The notes below the pieces were generated by a model, which was not told the DNA's origin, searched no databases, and saw only the letters and a list, made by a program, of their open reading frames with translations. Below are positions 1 to 9,672 of a stretch of DNA of 64,000 bases, piece after piece; positions within the stretch are counted from its first letter, which is position 1; each line of letters starts with the position of its first letter. This DNA comes from Bacteroidia bacterium (GTDB lineage Bacteria; Bacteroidota; Bacteroidia; NS11-12g; UBA9320), in the NCBI GenBank assembly GCA_965216465.1, contig CBDCFW010000006.1, positions 96,001 to 160,000 of the forward strand, given 5' to 3'. The position numbers and the translations under genes were made by a program.

Positions 1-170
1 ACACCAGGCTCAGTAAATGCTGTTCCTGCACTTAGGAACATAGGATTATCTCCACTTAATTCAAATATGGGATAGTTGGTAACCTTTGAGAGACCACCAG
101 TGGTATCCTTATCACATCCTGCAAAGAAAATTAGAGCCAATCCTAATACTAATACATTAATTTTTTTCAT
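1..170 (-). CDS. BT2262-like Ig-fold surface lipoprotein (DUF5011-type), runs off the window edge
   Basis: Not in the ORF track. Hand translation from ATG 170: MKKINVLVLGLALIFFAGCDKDTTGGLSKVTNYPIFELSGDNPMFLSAGTAFTEPG. Lipobox FAGC; lies directly downstream of susD. Confidence 0.8.
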   Translation of the reverse strand, partial: MKKINVLVLGLALIFFAGCDKDTTGGLSKVTNYPIFELSGDNPMFLSAGTAFTEPG

Positions 171-186
171 TTTGTTATTCATTTAA

Positions 187-1641
187 TTATTTCTGATCCC
201 ACCATACTTTAGCTGCAAGTCCTGCGGCATTACTAGCTGGTGCATTACTATTTCTAACAGTTTCAATGTCTGGTACTAAAAGTCTTCTTGGAGTACTATT
301 TCCTGTCAATACAGAAGCATAAGACAAAGTCAATTCTCCGATTTCTCCAGCAGTTCCTTTTGCATTCGCAGATAAAGGTGGATACTGAGTTCTATTCATT
401 TCGAAGAACGCTTCTAAGTTTTGGAAGTTTGCCAAGGCAATCCACTTCTGCATCATAATTTGTCCGATGTCAGTTTCAATGTCACCAGTAGTCGTGTACT
501 CATAAGGTCCTCCTGAACCATAAAGAGCACTCGCTCCAGTTTGCGCATGCATTGCAAAAGAAGCTTCAATTCCAGCCTCATATTCAGCTTGTGCTCCAGC
601 TCCTCCATTGTATCTAACCATTGCTTCAGCTTTTAAGAAATGAAGCTCAGCCATTGTAAAGAAATAAACCGGTGTAGTTGCTGTAATGTTTGGAGTCGAT
701 AGGTCTCCGTTTGGAATATCTCGATTTGCAAAATCTCCTTGCTCTTTGGCTTTATGACCTGAAGCTCCAGGTACATAAATACCATCGATACGAGGATCTC
801 CGTTTTCATCAAGATACTTAATCATGGTGTTACTTGCTGATTGGTTTACCCCACCAAGTCTATCCACTTGAATTTCATAGTAAGGGTTACGTTTGCCTTG
901 CTCTGCAGCAAATTGGCTTATCGCAGCATCCATTGTAATAAAGTTATCATCGTTAATCAACGCCATAACTTCAGCTGATTTTGCACTCGCATAACTCTGT
1001 CTCATGTACATTTTAAGTTTAAGCGTGTTTGCAAAACCTACCCACTCTGACATAGAACCACCAAATACGAAATCTGAAGTTGACATATCCTTAGTTCCAG
1101 GATCATCATTGTATGCTGCTAGTGCTGCATCTATCTCTTCGATTAACGCTGCATAAATATCAGCACCATTGTCAAATGCTGGCTCCGTGTTGTTCACGCC
1201 TTGAAGCGCTTCAGAGAATGGAATGTCATTATACAAGTCTGCCAACATTTGGAAGGTATACGCCTCACAAAGTGTTGCTACTAGTGCATAATTGTTATCA
1301 CCAGCTTCTTGAGCTTTTTCTTTGATGATTCTTAAGTTCATTAATCCACCTGCGTAGATTTCTCTCCATTCTCTATCAAAGAAGTCAGTTTCAATTCTGT
1401 ATTCGTCGATACGCTCGTACTGACCAGCGTCAGGGCTTTGCGTATAGTACTGAGCCCAGAATCCTCCTAGGTTGTGATAAGATCCTCCAAAAGTGGCCAT
1501 CATAGAAGTTTGAGCTCCAGGGAGCATTAAACTAATATCAACATCACCCAACGCGTCGGGATCCGAATTAACGTCCACAAATTCTTTACACCCAATAGTT
1601 GATGTAAGAAATACTAATAATAATATTGTTATTTTTTTCAT
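187..1641 (-). CDS. SusD/RagB family outer-membrane lipoprotein (BT2263-like)
   Basis: Lipobox IGC; motifs DLYNDIPFSEA, ANTLKLKMYMR, QKWIAL, KVWWD; adjacent to SusC. Confidence 0.95.
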   Translation of the reverse strand: MKKITILLLVFLTSTIGCKEFVDVNSDPDALGDVDISLMLPGAQTSMMATFGGSYHNLGGFWAQYYTQSPDAGQYERIDEYRIETDFFDREWREIYAGGLMNLRIIKEKAQEAGDNNYALVATLCEAYTFQMLADLYNDIPFSEALQGVNNTEPAFDNGADIYAALIEEIDAALAAYNDDPGTKDMSTSDFVFGGSMSEWVGFANTLKLKMYMRQSYASAKSAEVMALINDDNFITMDAAISQFAAEQGKRNPYYEIQVDRLGGVNQSASNTMIKYLDENGDPRIDGIYVPGASGHKAKEQGDFANRDIPNGDLSTPNITATTPVYFFTMAELHFLKAEAMVRYNGGAGAQAEYEAGIEASFAMHAQTGASALYGSGGPYEYTTTGDIETDIGQIMMQKWIALANFQNLEAFFEMNRTQYPPLSANAKGTAGEIGELTLSYASVLTGNSTPRRLLVPDIETVRNSNAPASNAAGLAAKVWWDQK

Positions 1642-1654
1642 TTTTATCTAGCTA

Positions 1655-4600
1655 TTAAAGTGTAAATCGAACTGCAAATCCAACTGAACGTGTAGTTGGG
1701 TTAGCACTAAATTCTCCAAATTCTGCTTGAATACCGTTACCAAACGTTGTAGACTCAGGATCAACAAACTGATTGTCAGCAGGAGTCCATAAGAATAAGT
1801 TTCTACCGATAACGCTTAAAGAAGCACCCGTAAAAGGAAGTTTCTCTAACATCTCAGTTGGTAAAGTATACGTTAACGCAACTTCTCTTAGTTTAACAAA
1901 TGATTTATCGATTACTTGCATTCTGTCGAAAGCATCTGCTCTATGATAATCATCCATGTGAGCTGGGTCAACAGCTATTGTATTCTCAACATAATCGAAA
2001 GTACCATCTCCATTATCAATTTTTTGAACTGAGTTTGGAACAATAAATGGTTTTCTATCGTTAGTCGTAGTTTTAATAGAGTTACCTGTAAAGAAAGTAA
2101 TATCTGCTGTTCTTGAGAACATTAAACCACCTTGTCTTGAATCAAATAAGAAGCTCAATCCAAATGATTTATACTTAAGCCTAGAACCTAAACCTAACAT
2201 GTAGTTGATTTGAGAGCTACCATAAATTTCTTTTTCAGTAGCTGCAACAGGAACACCGTTTGCATCAACAACAACTTGGCCATCTGGAGACGTTTCTGCA
2301 ACGTTACCTTCAAATAAACCGATTGGTTGACCGTTACGTGCTAAGAATCCAGTAGTAGAAAGACCACCAATTGGGAAATCTTGCTCAAGACCAGATACTT
2401 CGTTTCTATTTCTAGTGTAGTTACCAAAAATCTCCCAGTTAAATCCGTCATCGTTTCTAAGTACTTTATAAGAAACAACTGCCTCAATACCTTTATTAGT
2501 AATATCAGCGAAGTTGAATATTTGAGAATTACCACCTGAAGAAGGAGCAACAGAACGATAAAGAATCATATCGTCAGTTAATCTGTTGTAGTATGTGAAG
2601 TCGATCTTACCTCTGTTTTCCATAAATTTAAGATCTAATCCTAACTCTAACTCCTTGTTGTACTCAGGTCTCAACTCTAAGTTAGCTAAGTTTTGCTCAA
2701 TACTAAACGAGTTTAAGCCACCAAATGGGTAAGTAATGTCTCTAAACGGCATGTCGTTGAAACTTTGAACGTAGTATCTTTCGATAGCATATGCTGGAGC
2801 ATCGTTCGCAGTTTGACCGTAACCAACTCTAAATTTACCAAAGTTGATAAAGTCAGGTAAATCTACAGCATCTGTAAATACGAAACTGAAGTTAGCAGAT
2901 GGGTAGAAGTATGCATTGTTCTCAACTGGCAAAGTAGAAGATTGGTCTCTTCTTACAGATAAGTTTAAGAAAGCCATTCGCTTATAAGCGAAGTTCGCTA
3001 ATAAGTATGCGTTAAACTGTCTTCTTTGAGACTGGCTTTCAGAAATAGTTGGAGTAGATGCACTATTTGATAAGTTGTAGTAACCTGGAATATCAAGGTC
3101 AACAACTGATGCAAATAAATTTGTTGTATTTCTAGAGTTAATATTAATACCTCCAGTAAGGTCCATATTTATTAATGGATTAATTTCCTTAGACCAGTTA
3201 ACAATAACATCGTTGTTAAATTCAGTTCTTCCTGAACTTTGCTCAGATACAAATCCAGGATCCTCAGTACTTGACCCAGCATTTGGACCGTACTCAGGCT
3301 CTAGAATCGCTCTGTGATTATGTATAACGTTATCGTTTAAGTCATAACCAAAACGATACATAACATCTAAGTTCTCAGCAATGTCGTATGTAGCTGTTAA
3401 GTTACCAAACATTTTAGTACCGTTGTAATTGTTACCATTCTCGTTTAATACGAAGTATGGATTGGTTACACCATAGTGTGTAAAGTAATCTTCAATGCTA
3501 TAAAATTGAGCTTCGTAATCTTGCATATCAACCACACTCATGTTACGTGGGATCTGCATAATATTATTATATACACTTTGAGAACCTTGTCCAGTTGTTA
3601 CAAACGAACCTTCTGAAAGTGCCATATTAACACCCCCTGAAACGGTAAGCTTATCGATTTTAGTTCTCGCTTTTAAGCTAACTGTGTTTCTATCATAAAC
3701 ATCAATCGCACCTGGGAAAACACCATCTTGACTTGCATTCGAATAAGAAGCATAGAAACTACTGTTTGCATTACCTCCAGTTATACCAATACTGTTATTC
3801 ATATTAGTACCCGTTTCGAAAAAGTCTCTTACGTTATTTTCTAATGCATTATATGGAGCAAGCAACTGAGCGTCGTCAACTACACGGCCAAATACACGAT
3901 CTCTACCGTCCAACTTAGGACCCCAAGAACCGTTTTCATCTAACCAGTGGTTACCGTCCCATCCTTGTCCGAAAGTGTTTTGGAAGTTTGGAGTACGTAA
4001 AACACTACTGAATGTAACGTTACCATTGTACTCAATACCTAGAGACTTTTTGCCTCCTTCAGTAGTACTTCCTTGCTTGGTAGTAATCATGATTACACCG
4101 TTTGCCCCTCTTGAACCATAAAGTGCAGAAGCGGCAGAACCTTTCAATACTTCCATACTCTCGATGTCATTTGGGTTAATAGTGTTCAAACCGTTACCAA
4201 AGTCAAAACCTCCATTCAAACTGTTCGAATTTTGAGAACTGTTCGAAATTGGAATACCATCAACTACGATTAGCGGTTGAGTTCCTTGACTTAACGAGTG
4301 AATACCACGAATAAAGATCCTTGTAGAAGCACCTGGGTCAGTAGAAGCAGTGGTAATTTGAACCCCGGCAATTTTACCTTGAAGTCCATTAATTACAGTT
4401 CTGTCCCCACCTTCAGTAATTTCAACCGCCTTAACAGAAGCAATTGAATAACCTAGCGACCGAGCACTTTTCTTAATATTCTGTGCGGTTACTACTACTT
4501 GATCAATAGATTCATCGGATGACTTCAATACAATCGAAACATTGTTGGCAGTTCCTACCTCATATTCTTGAGTCACCATACCGATAAAACTTACAACCAG

Positions 4601-4816
4601 AACTGGGTTCGTTGTGGTCGTATTCAATTTAAAAGTACCATCACCACCGGCTATCGCACCGTTGCTGGTCCCTTTTTCTTTAACCACAGCACCCACAACG
4701 GGTTGTGATTTTTCGTCCGTAACCTTACCGGTTATGGTCCGGGTTTGCGCAAAAGATTCTGCCGAAAACAACAGCATTACGCATACCCCTAAAATTAGAA
4801 ATAATTGTTTTTTCAT
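1655..4816 (-). CDS. SusC/RagA family TonB-dependent transporter (BT2264-like)
   Basis: Signal peptide, N-terminal CarboxypepD_reg-like domain, plug motif INPNDIESMEVLKGSAASALYGSRGANGVIMITTK, barrel C-terminus. Confidence 0.97.
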   Translation of the reverse strand: MKKQLFLILGVCVMLLFSAESFAQTRTITGKVTDEKSQPVVGAVVKEKGTSNGAIAGGDGTFKLNTTTTNPVLVVSFIGMVTQEYEVGTANNVSIVLKSSDESIDQVVVTAQNIKKSARSLGYSIASVKAVEITEGGDRTVINGLQGKIAGVQITTASTDPGASTRIFIRGIHSLSQGTQPLIVVDGIPISNSSQNSNSLNGGFDFGNGLNTINPNDIESMEVLKGSAASALYGSRGANGVIMITTKQGSTTEGGKKSLGIEYNGNVTFSSVLRTPNFQNTFGQGWDGNHWLDENGSWGPKLDGRDRVFGRVVDDAQLLAPYNALENNVRDFFETGTNMNNSIGITGGNANSSFYASYSNASQDGVFPGAIDVYDRNTVSLKARTKIDKLTVSGGVNMALSEGSFVTTGQGSQSVYNNIMQIPRNMSVVDMQDYEAQFYSIEDYFTHYGVTNPYFVLNENGNNYNGTKMFGNLTATYDIAENLDVMYRFGYDLNDNVIHNHRAILEPEYGPNAGSSTEDPGFVSEQSSGRTEFNNDVIVNWSKEINPLINMDLTGGININSRNTTNLFASVVDLDIPGYYNLSNSASTPTISESQSQRRQFNAYLLANFAYKRMAFLNLSVRRDQSSTLPVENNAYFYPSANFSFVFTDAVDLPDFINFGKFRVGYGQTANDAPAYAIERYYVQSFNDMPFRDITYPFGGLNSFSIEQNLANLELRPEYNKELELGLDLKFMENRGKIDFTYYNRLTDDMILYRSVAPSSGGNSQIFNFADITNKGIEAVVSYKVLRNDDGFNWEIFGNYTRNRNEVSGLEQDFPIGGLSTTGFLARNGQPIGLFEGNVAETSPDGQVVVDANGVPVAATEKEIYGSSQINYMLGLGSRLKYKSFGLSFLFDSRQGGLMFSRTADITFFTGNSIKTTTNDRKPFIVPNSVQKIDNGDGTFDYVENTIAVDPAHMDDYHRADAFDRMQVIDKSFVKLREVALTYTLPTEMLEKLPFTGASLSVIGRNLFLWTPADNQFVDPESTTFGNGIQAEFGEFSANPTTRSVGFAVRFTL

Positions 4817-5232
4817 AAACTTAGCTTTGTGTTTAATTCCGTCTAATTTATGTATTTCATCGATTAATGACCAAATTAATTCTTCAAAATCATGTAAGAA
4901 GTGGAAAACTCGTGTGAATATATTGCGTCTAAATCATTACCAAAATGTGACGAAAACGCCCAATTAATAAGGTTTTCATAACATTTTACGGAGTCAAAAA
5001 TGACAGAAGAATTTGTAGATAATAATTTTACGTATTCTTTTAACACTTTTAAGTATTTTACAATAAAAACATAACCAAATGAGGTTAAAACGAACTCCAA
5101 TTTGAAATATATAGTTTCAAAATTTTGAATAATAAATGAACCAAAATTTGAACGCTGTCCTAATTAGTTCAATGTTGGCAATTAATAAGTGGAAAACATA
5201 TCTATTTATACAACTAAACTTGCATACAGACA

Positions 5233-5240
5233 TATCTTTG
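5233..5240 (+). promoter_or_regulatory. Bacteroidota sigma-A -7 element TATCTTTG
   Basis: Matches TAnnTTTG; 8 nt before ATG 5249. Confidence 0.7.
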
Positions 5241-5248
5241 CTCCGCAA

Positions 5249-5878
5249 ATGAAATTAAACTACAACACGCAACAAGAACATATACATCTTACTGAATACG
5301 GAAGAGGCGTTCAAGAAATGGTTGAACACCTAAAAACAGTTGAAGATCGCGAAAAAAGAAACCGCATGGCTCGCACCATTTTTAAAGTTATGGTGAATCT
5401 CAACCCAAGCATTAAGGAGCAAGAAAATTACGAAAAAACGGTTTGGGATCACATGCATGAAATTGCACAATATGAACTTGATATCGATACAGAGTTCCCA
5501 AAACCTACTCCTGAAGAAAAATCTGAAGGACCAGAGCATCTAGGCTATAAAGGTGTTCTAAGCAAGTACCGCTTTTATGGACGAAATCTAATCGACATGA
5601 TTGACGGAGCCAAAGACATGGAAGACGGCGAAATCAAGTCGTTGTACATCAACTATATAGCTTCTTTTATGGTCAACTCCTCAAAAAACTGGAATGATGA
5701 AGATCTTACGCCAAATCAAGTTGTTCAACATCTTGCCGATTTATCGGAAGGCAAGCTGCAACTTGACCCAGATTCAATAAATATTCATATTGAATCACGT
5801 AGAAAGCGACCTTCAAACTTTAAATCAAACAATAGAAAAGGCAAAAAGAAATCAAACAACAAATACAGAAGAAGATAG
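5249..5878 (+). CDS. DUF4290 family protein
   Basis: YNTQ..L.EYGR.VQ.MV and WDH motifs, basic tail, conserved position before murA. Start moved to ATG 5249, downstream of the promoter. Confidence 0.9.
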   Translation: MKLNYNTQQEHIHLTEYGRGVQEMVEHLKTVEDREKRNRMARTIFKVMVNLNPSIKEQENYEKTVWDHMHEIAQYELDIDTEFPKPTPEEKSEGPEHLGYKGVLSKYRFYGRNLIDMIDGAKDMEDGEIKSLYINYIASFMVNSSKNWNDEDLTPNQVVQHLADLSEGKLQLDPDSINIHIESRRKRPSNFKSNNRKGKKKSNNKYRRR

Positions 5879-7183
5879 ATGGGAACGTTTAAAATTGAAG
5901 GTGGACACAAACTGAAGGGTACGCTAACCCCACAAGGAGCTAAAAATGAAGCACTGCAAATTCTCGCGGCGGTTCTACTAACCCCAGAAGTCGTCGAAAT
6001 AAAGAACATACCCGAAATTCGAGATATTCTTCGAATGATTGACCTACTCAAAGGCCTTAATGTTAAAGTTGAACGTTTAGGTGAAGGTCATTATACTTTT
6101 CAAGCTGATAATATCGACTTGGAATTCTTCCACACAGAAGAATTTAAGAAAAAGGGTGCCTCTATTCGTGGATCCATCATGATTATTGGTCCTCTTCTAG
6201 CTCGCTTTGGAATTGGCTACATCCCAAGTCCTGGAGGAGATAAAATTGGACGTCGACGACTTGATACGCATTTTATTGGATTTGAAAATCTTGGAGCTAA
6301 ATTCACCTACGACAAGGCTTCCAAGTTTTATAAGGTAGAAGGTGATAGCTTGCAAGGAACTAATATGCTTCTTGAAGAAGCTTCTGTAACTGGTACCGCA
6401 AACATTCTGATGGCCGCGGTTATGGCCAAAGGCAAAACAACCATTTATAACGCCGCTTGTGAACCCTATCTTCAACAATTGTGTAGAATGTTGAACGATA
6501 TGGGTGCTAAAATATCAGGAATCGGTTCAAACCTTTTAACCGTTGAAGGAGTAAATGAGATGGGCGGATGTAAGCACACCATACTGCCCGATATGATTGA
6601 GATAGGTAGCTTCATTAGTCTTGCAGCTCTAACTCAATCCGAGATAACAATCGAAAATTGTCGCGTTGATCAACTGGGACTTATACCAAAAGTATTCAAA
6701 AAACTTGGTGTTCAGTTCGTGATTAAAGACGACGATATCATTATACCCGAAAATCGCCATTATGAAATTGATAATTTCATTGACGGCAGTATGATGACAA
6801 TCGCAGATGCACCTTGGCCTGGACTTTCACCTGACTTGCTAAGTGTAATCTTGGTCATGTGTACTCAAGCAAAGGGCAATGTATTAATTCACCAAAAGAT
6901 GTTTGAAAGCAGACTATTCTTTGTCGATAATTTGATTGACATGGGAGCTCAAATTATACTTTGTGATCCACACCGAGCTACTGTAATGGGACTTGACCGA
7001 AGAGTACCTCTAAAAGGGATAACAATGACGTCACCAGATATTAGAGCAGGGGTTTCTCTACTTATCGCAGCGTTGTCGGCACAAGGAACGAGCACAATAC
7101 ACAACATAGAACAAATTGATAGGGGGTATCAAAATATAGAAACTAGACTTAATGCAATCGGAGCAAGAATAACTAGATTATGA
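5879..7183 (+). CDS. murA: UDP-N-acetylglucosamine 1-carboxyvinyltransferase
   Basis: GAKNEAL, PGGDKIGRR, SVTGTAN, PDMIE, DIRAG and IDRGY motifs. Confidence 0.98.
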   Translation: MGTFKIEGGHKLKGTLTPQGAKNEALQILAAVLLTPEVVEIKNIPEIRDILRMIDLLKGLNVKVERLGEGHYTFQADNIDLEFFHTEEFKKKGASIRGSIMIIGPLLARFGIGYIPSPGGDKIGRRRLDTHFIGFENLGAKFTYDKASKFYKVEGDSLQGTNMLLEEASVTGTANILMAAVMAKGKTTIYNAACEPYLQQLCRMLNDMGAKISGIGSNLLTVEGVNEMGGCKHTILPDMIEIGSFISLAALTQSEITIENCRVDQLGLIPKVFKKLGVQFVIKDDDIIIPENRHYEIDNFIDGSMMTIADAPWPGLSPDLLSVILVMCTQAKGNVLIHQKMFESRLFFVDNLIDMGAQIILCDPHRATVMGLDRRVPLKGITMTSPDIRAGVSLLIAALSAQGTSTIHNIEQIDRGYQNIETRLNAIGARITRL

Positions 7184-7184
7184 T

Positions 7185-7712
7185 ATGAAAGTTTACAAAG
7201 CAATTGCACTTATGTGCCTATCTGCAGTAGCTACCTTCGCCTTTACCTATGTAGCAACTGACAGCATTCCCGCTATTGGCGACGACGCACCCGAAATTGC
7301 CATGACAGGCTTAAAAGGTGACGAAATGAAATTATCTGACCTAAAAGGAAAGGTCGTGCTTATCGATTTTTGGGCGAGCTGGTGCAGAACCTGCCGCGTC
7401 GAAAACAAAAACATTACTGCAGCGTACAAAAAGTACAAAAACGAAAACTTTGATATCGGAAACGGTTTTGAGGTTTACGCCATTAGTCTAGATTCTGACC
7501 CTGCACTTTGGGAAACCGCAATTGCGAACGATAATCTTTCATGGAAATACCACGTTTCTGACCTTAAGAAATGGAAAAGTCCAGTTGTAGATGACTACAA
7601 TTTTAAATACTTGCCACACAACCTTTTAATTGACGAAAACGGTAAAATTTTAGCAAAGGGACTGTTCGGTAAAAAACTCGATGAATTCCTAGCCAGTCAT
7701 TTGGCAGATTAA
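7185..7712 (+). CDS. TlpA/ResA-family thiol-disulfide oxidoreductase (exported)
   Basis: Signal peptide; LSDLKGKVVLIDFWASWCRTC thioredoxin motif. Confidence 0.9.
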   Translation: MKVYKAIALMCLSAVATFAFTYVATDSIPAIGDDAPEIAMTGLKGDEMKLSDLKGKVVLIDFWASWCRTCRVENKNITAAYKKYKNENFDIGNGFEVYAISLDSDPALWETAIANDNLSWKYHVSDLKKWKSPVVDDYNFKYLPHNLLIDENGKILAKGLFGKKLDEFLASHLAD

Positions 7713-7716
7713 TCGG

Positions 7717-7729
7717 TGTCATTATGACA
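7717..7729. promoter_or_regulatory. Palindrome TGTCA-tta-TGACA upstream of the sigma-54 promoter
   Basis: Perfect 5-bp inverted repeat; a related GTCATTTGGCAG lies at 7697-7708. Confidence 0.5.
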
Positions 7730-7739
7730 TAATTTGATA

Positions 7740-7755
7740 TGGCAAAACTTTTGCT
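7740..7755 (+). promoter_or_regulatory. Sigma-54 (-24/-12) promoter of grpE-dnaJ
   Basis: TGGCAAAACTTTTGCT has exact GG-N10-GC spacing and lies 30 nt before the grpE ATG. Confidence 0.8.
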
Positions 7756-7785
7756 TCTATTCTGACGTATTTAGTAAAATAAATA

Positions 7786-8322
7786 ATGTCAGAAGAAACA
7801 AAAGACCAAGAAGAATTGGACGTCAACGCCAACGAGAAAAACTCAGAAAGCACTGAAAGTAAAGAAGATACAACAAAAGAAGTTAGTGCTGAAGACAAAA
7901 TCAACGAGCTAAACGACAAGTATCTCAGACTGTATTCTGAATTTGACAACTTCAGAAGAAGAACAGCAAAAGAAAAATTAGAGCTTTTTAAAACTGCTGG
8001 CGAGGATATTTTGACAGACCTCCTGCCTATTTTAGATGACTTTGAACGAGCACTTCAAAACATGGATAAAAAAGGCGATGTAAAGGTGATTAAAGAGGGT
8101 GTAGATCTCATTTATAACAAATTCAAGAACACTTTAACCAATAAAGGACTTGAGTCTTTTAAATCTATTGAAAAACCATTTGACCCTGATGTGCATGAAG
8201 CTGTAACTAAAATACCTGCACCTTCTAAAAAACTGAGAGGAAAAGTAGTCGACGAAATTGAAAAAGGTTACAAGTTAAACGACAAGATAATTCGATTTGC
8301 TAAAGTGGTTGTAGGAGAATAA
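7786..8322 (+). CDS. grpE: Nucleotide exchange factor GrpE
   Basis: [49 protein letters not shown]. Confidence 0.98.
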   Translation: MSEETKDQEELDVNANEKNSESTESKEDTTKEVSAEDKINELNDKYLRLYSEFDNFRRRTAKEKLELFKTAGEDILTDLLPILDDFERALQNMDKKGDVKVIKEGVDLIYNKFKNTLTNKGLESFKSIEKPFDPDVHEAVTKIPAPSKKLRGKVVDEIEKGYKLNDKIIRFAKVVVGE

Positions 8323-8324
8323 TT

Positions 8325-9446
8325 ATGGCAAAGAGAGATTATTATGAAGTACTGGGAGTAAGCAAGAGTGCTAGTCCTGAAGAAATAAAGAAAGCTTATC
8401 GAAAAAAGGCAATCCAATATCACCCTGATAAAAATCCAGGTGACAAGGAGGCGGAAGATAAATTTAAAGAAGCTGCAGAAGCTTATGAAGTATTAAGCAC
8501 GCCTGAGAAAAAACAACGCTATGACCAATTTGGACATGCAGGCGTTGATGGCGGAGCCGGAGGATTTGGCGGAGGCGGAATGAATATGGATGACATTTTC
8601 AGCCACTTCGGTGACATCTTTGGAGATATGGGTGGAAGCCCATTTGAATCATTTTTTGGGGGCGGCAGAGCTCGATCTCGTCAAAATGTTGGCTCAAACA
8701 TCAGAATTAAACTCAAACTGACTATTGATGAGGTCACTAACGGAGTTGAGAAAAAAATAAAATATAAGAAGAAAGTTGTTGCTGAGGGTGTAACCTTCGA
8801 TACTTGTCAAACCTGTAAAGGAAGAGGTCAAGTTACTCGAGTTCAAAGTACCTTCTTAGGCCAAATGCAAACTTCTAGCCCATGCCCTAGTTGTGGTGGA
8901 AGTGGAAAGCGCATCAAAAATGTACCTCCAGGTGCTGATGGAATGGGACTAGTAACAAAAGAAGTTACAACCTCTATCAATATCCCTGCTGGTGTTAGCG
9001 ATGGCTTACAGCTTTCAGTGCAAGGTAAAGGGAACGACACACCCGGTGGAATTTCTGGTGATTTAATTGTTCTTATTGAAGAAGTTCAACACAAAGAGCT
9101 CATTCGAGAAGGCAACAACATTGTATATAATCTTCATATCAGCTTTCCAGAAGCTGCAATGGGAACTGAAGTTGAAGTTCCTACAGTTTCAGGAAAAGTA
9201 CGTATTAAGGTTGAAGCTGGAACCCAAAGTGGCAAGGTTCTTAGGCTTCGAGGTAAAGGAATTCCTGACCTTAATGGCTATAAAAAGGGTGACCAACTCA
9301 TTTACGTGAACGTTTTCACACCTAAAAAACTTAATTCTGAAGAGAAGGGTCTGCTTAAGAAATTGATGGAATCTGAAAATTTCAAACCGGATCCAAATGC
9401 AGAAAAAGGATTCTTTGATAAAATGAAAGATTTCTTTCATGGATAA
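8325..9446 (+). CDS. dnaJ: Chaperone DnaJ
   Basis: J-domain with HPD, G/F-rich region, two CxxCxGxG repeats, C-terminal domains. Confidence 0.98.
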   Translation: MAKRDYYEVLGVSKSASPEEIKKAYRKKAIQYHPDKNPGDKEAEDKFKEAAEAYEVLSTPEKKQRYDQFGHAGVDGGAGGFGGGGMNMDDIFSHFGDIFGDMGGSPFESFFGGGRARSRQNVGSNIRIKLKLTIDEVTNGVEKKIKYKKKVVAEGVTFDTCQTCKGRGQVTRVQSTFLGQMQTSSPCPSCGGSGKRIKNVPPGADGMGLVTKEVTTSINIPAGVSDGLQLSVQGKGNDTPGGISGDLIVLIEEVQHKELIREGNNIVYNLHISFPEAAMGTEVEVPTVSGKVRIKVEAGTQSGKVLRLRGKGIPDLNGYKKGDQLIYVNVFTPKKLNSEEKGLLKKLMESENFKPDPNAEKGFFDKMKDFFHG

Positions 9447-9463
9447 TTAACTTTGATCAGAAT

Positions 9464-9661
9464 ATGACAACAAATGCAATTATTAGTTTTGTAATAGGCT
9501 CGCTCGGTGCATTTGTGATAGTTTCCAGTATCCTAAATCTAGACTATCTGTTTAAAAGCAAACGTGCAGAATTCTATCAGAAAATTTTCGGAATAATAGG
9601 AACTCGGATTTTTTATGGTGCATTAGGTGCGTTCATGGTTTATATTGCAACGCAACTTTAG
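9464..9661 (+). CDS. Small two-TM membrane protein, Imm17-like
   Basis: Two hydrophobic helices with a G..GTRIFYG.LG motif; own TAACTTTG element at 9448-9455. Confidence 0.6.
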   Translation: MTTNAIISFVIGSLGAFVIVSSILNLDYLFKSKRAEFYQKIFGIIGTRIFYGALGAFMVYIATQL

Positions 9662-9672
9662 TCAACTATACT

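Noticed and set aside
4876-5100. 74-aa ORF in the susC/DUF4290 spacer
   Set aside because: TTG start, AT-rich low-information sequence, no motif; more likely regulatory DNA.
8541-8580. GGCGGA short repeats in dnaJ
   Set aside because: They encode the normal G/F-rich linker.
9464-9661. Polymorphic toxin/immunity system suggested by the Imm17-like, YD-like (21405) and YwqK-like (60773) genes
   Set aside because: The genes are scattered, with no toxin domain, RHS core or secretion genes nearby.
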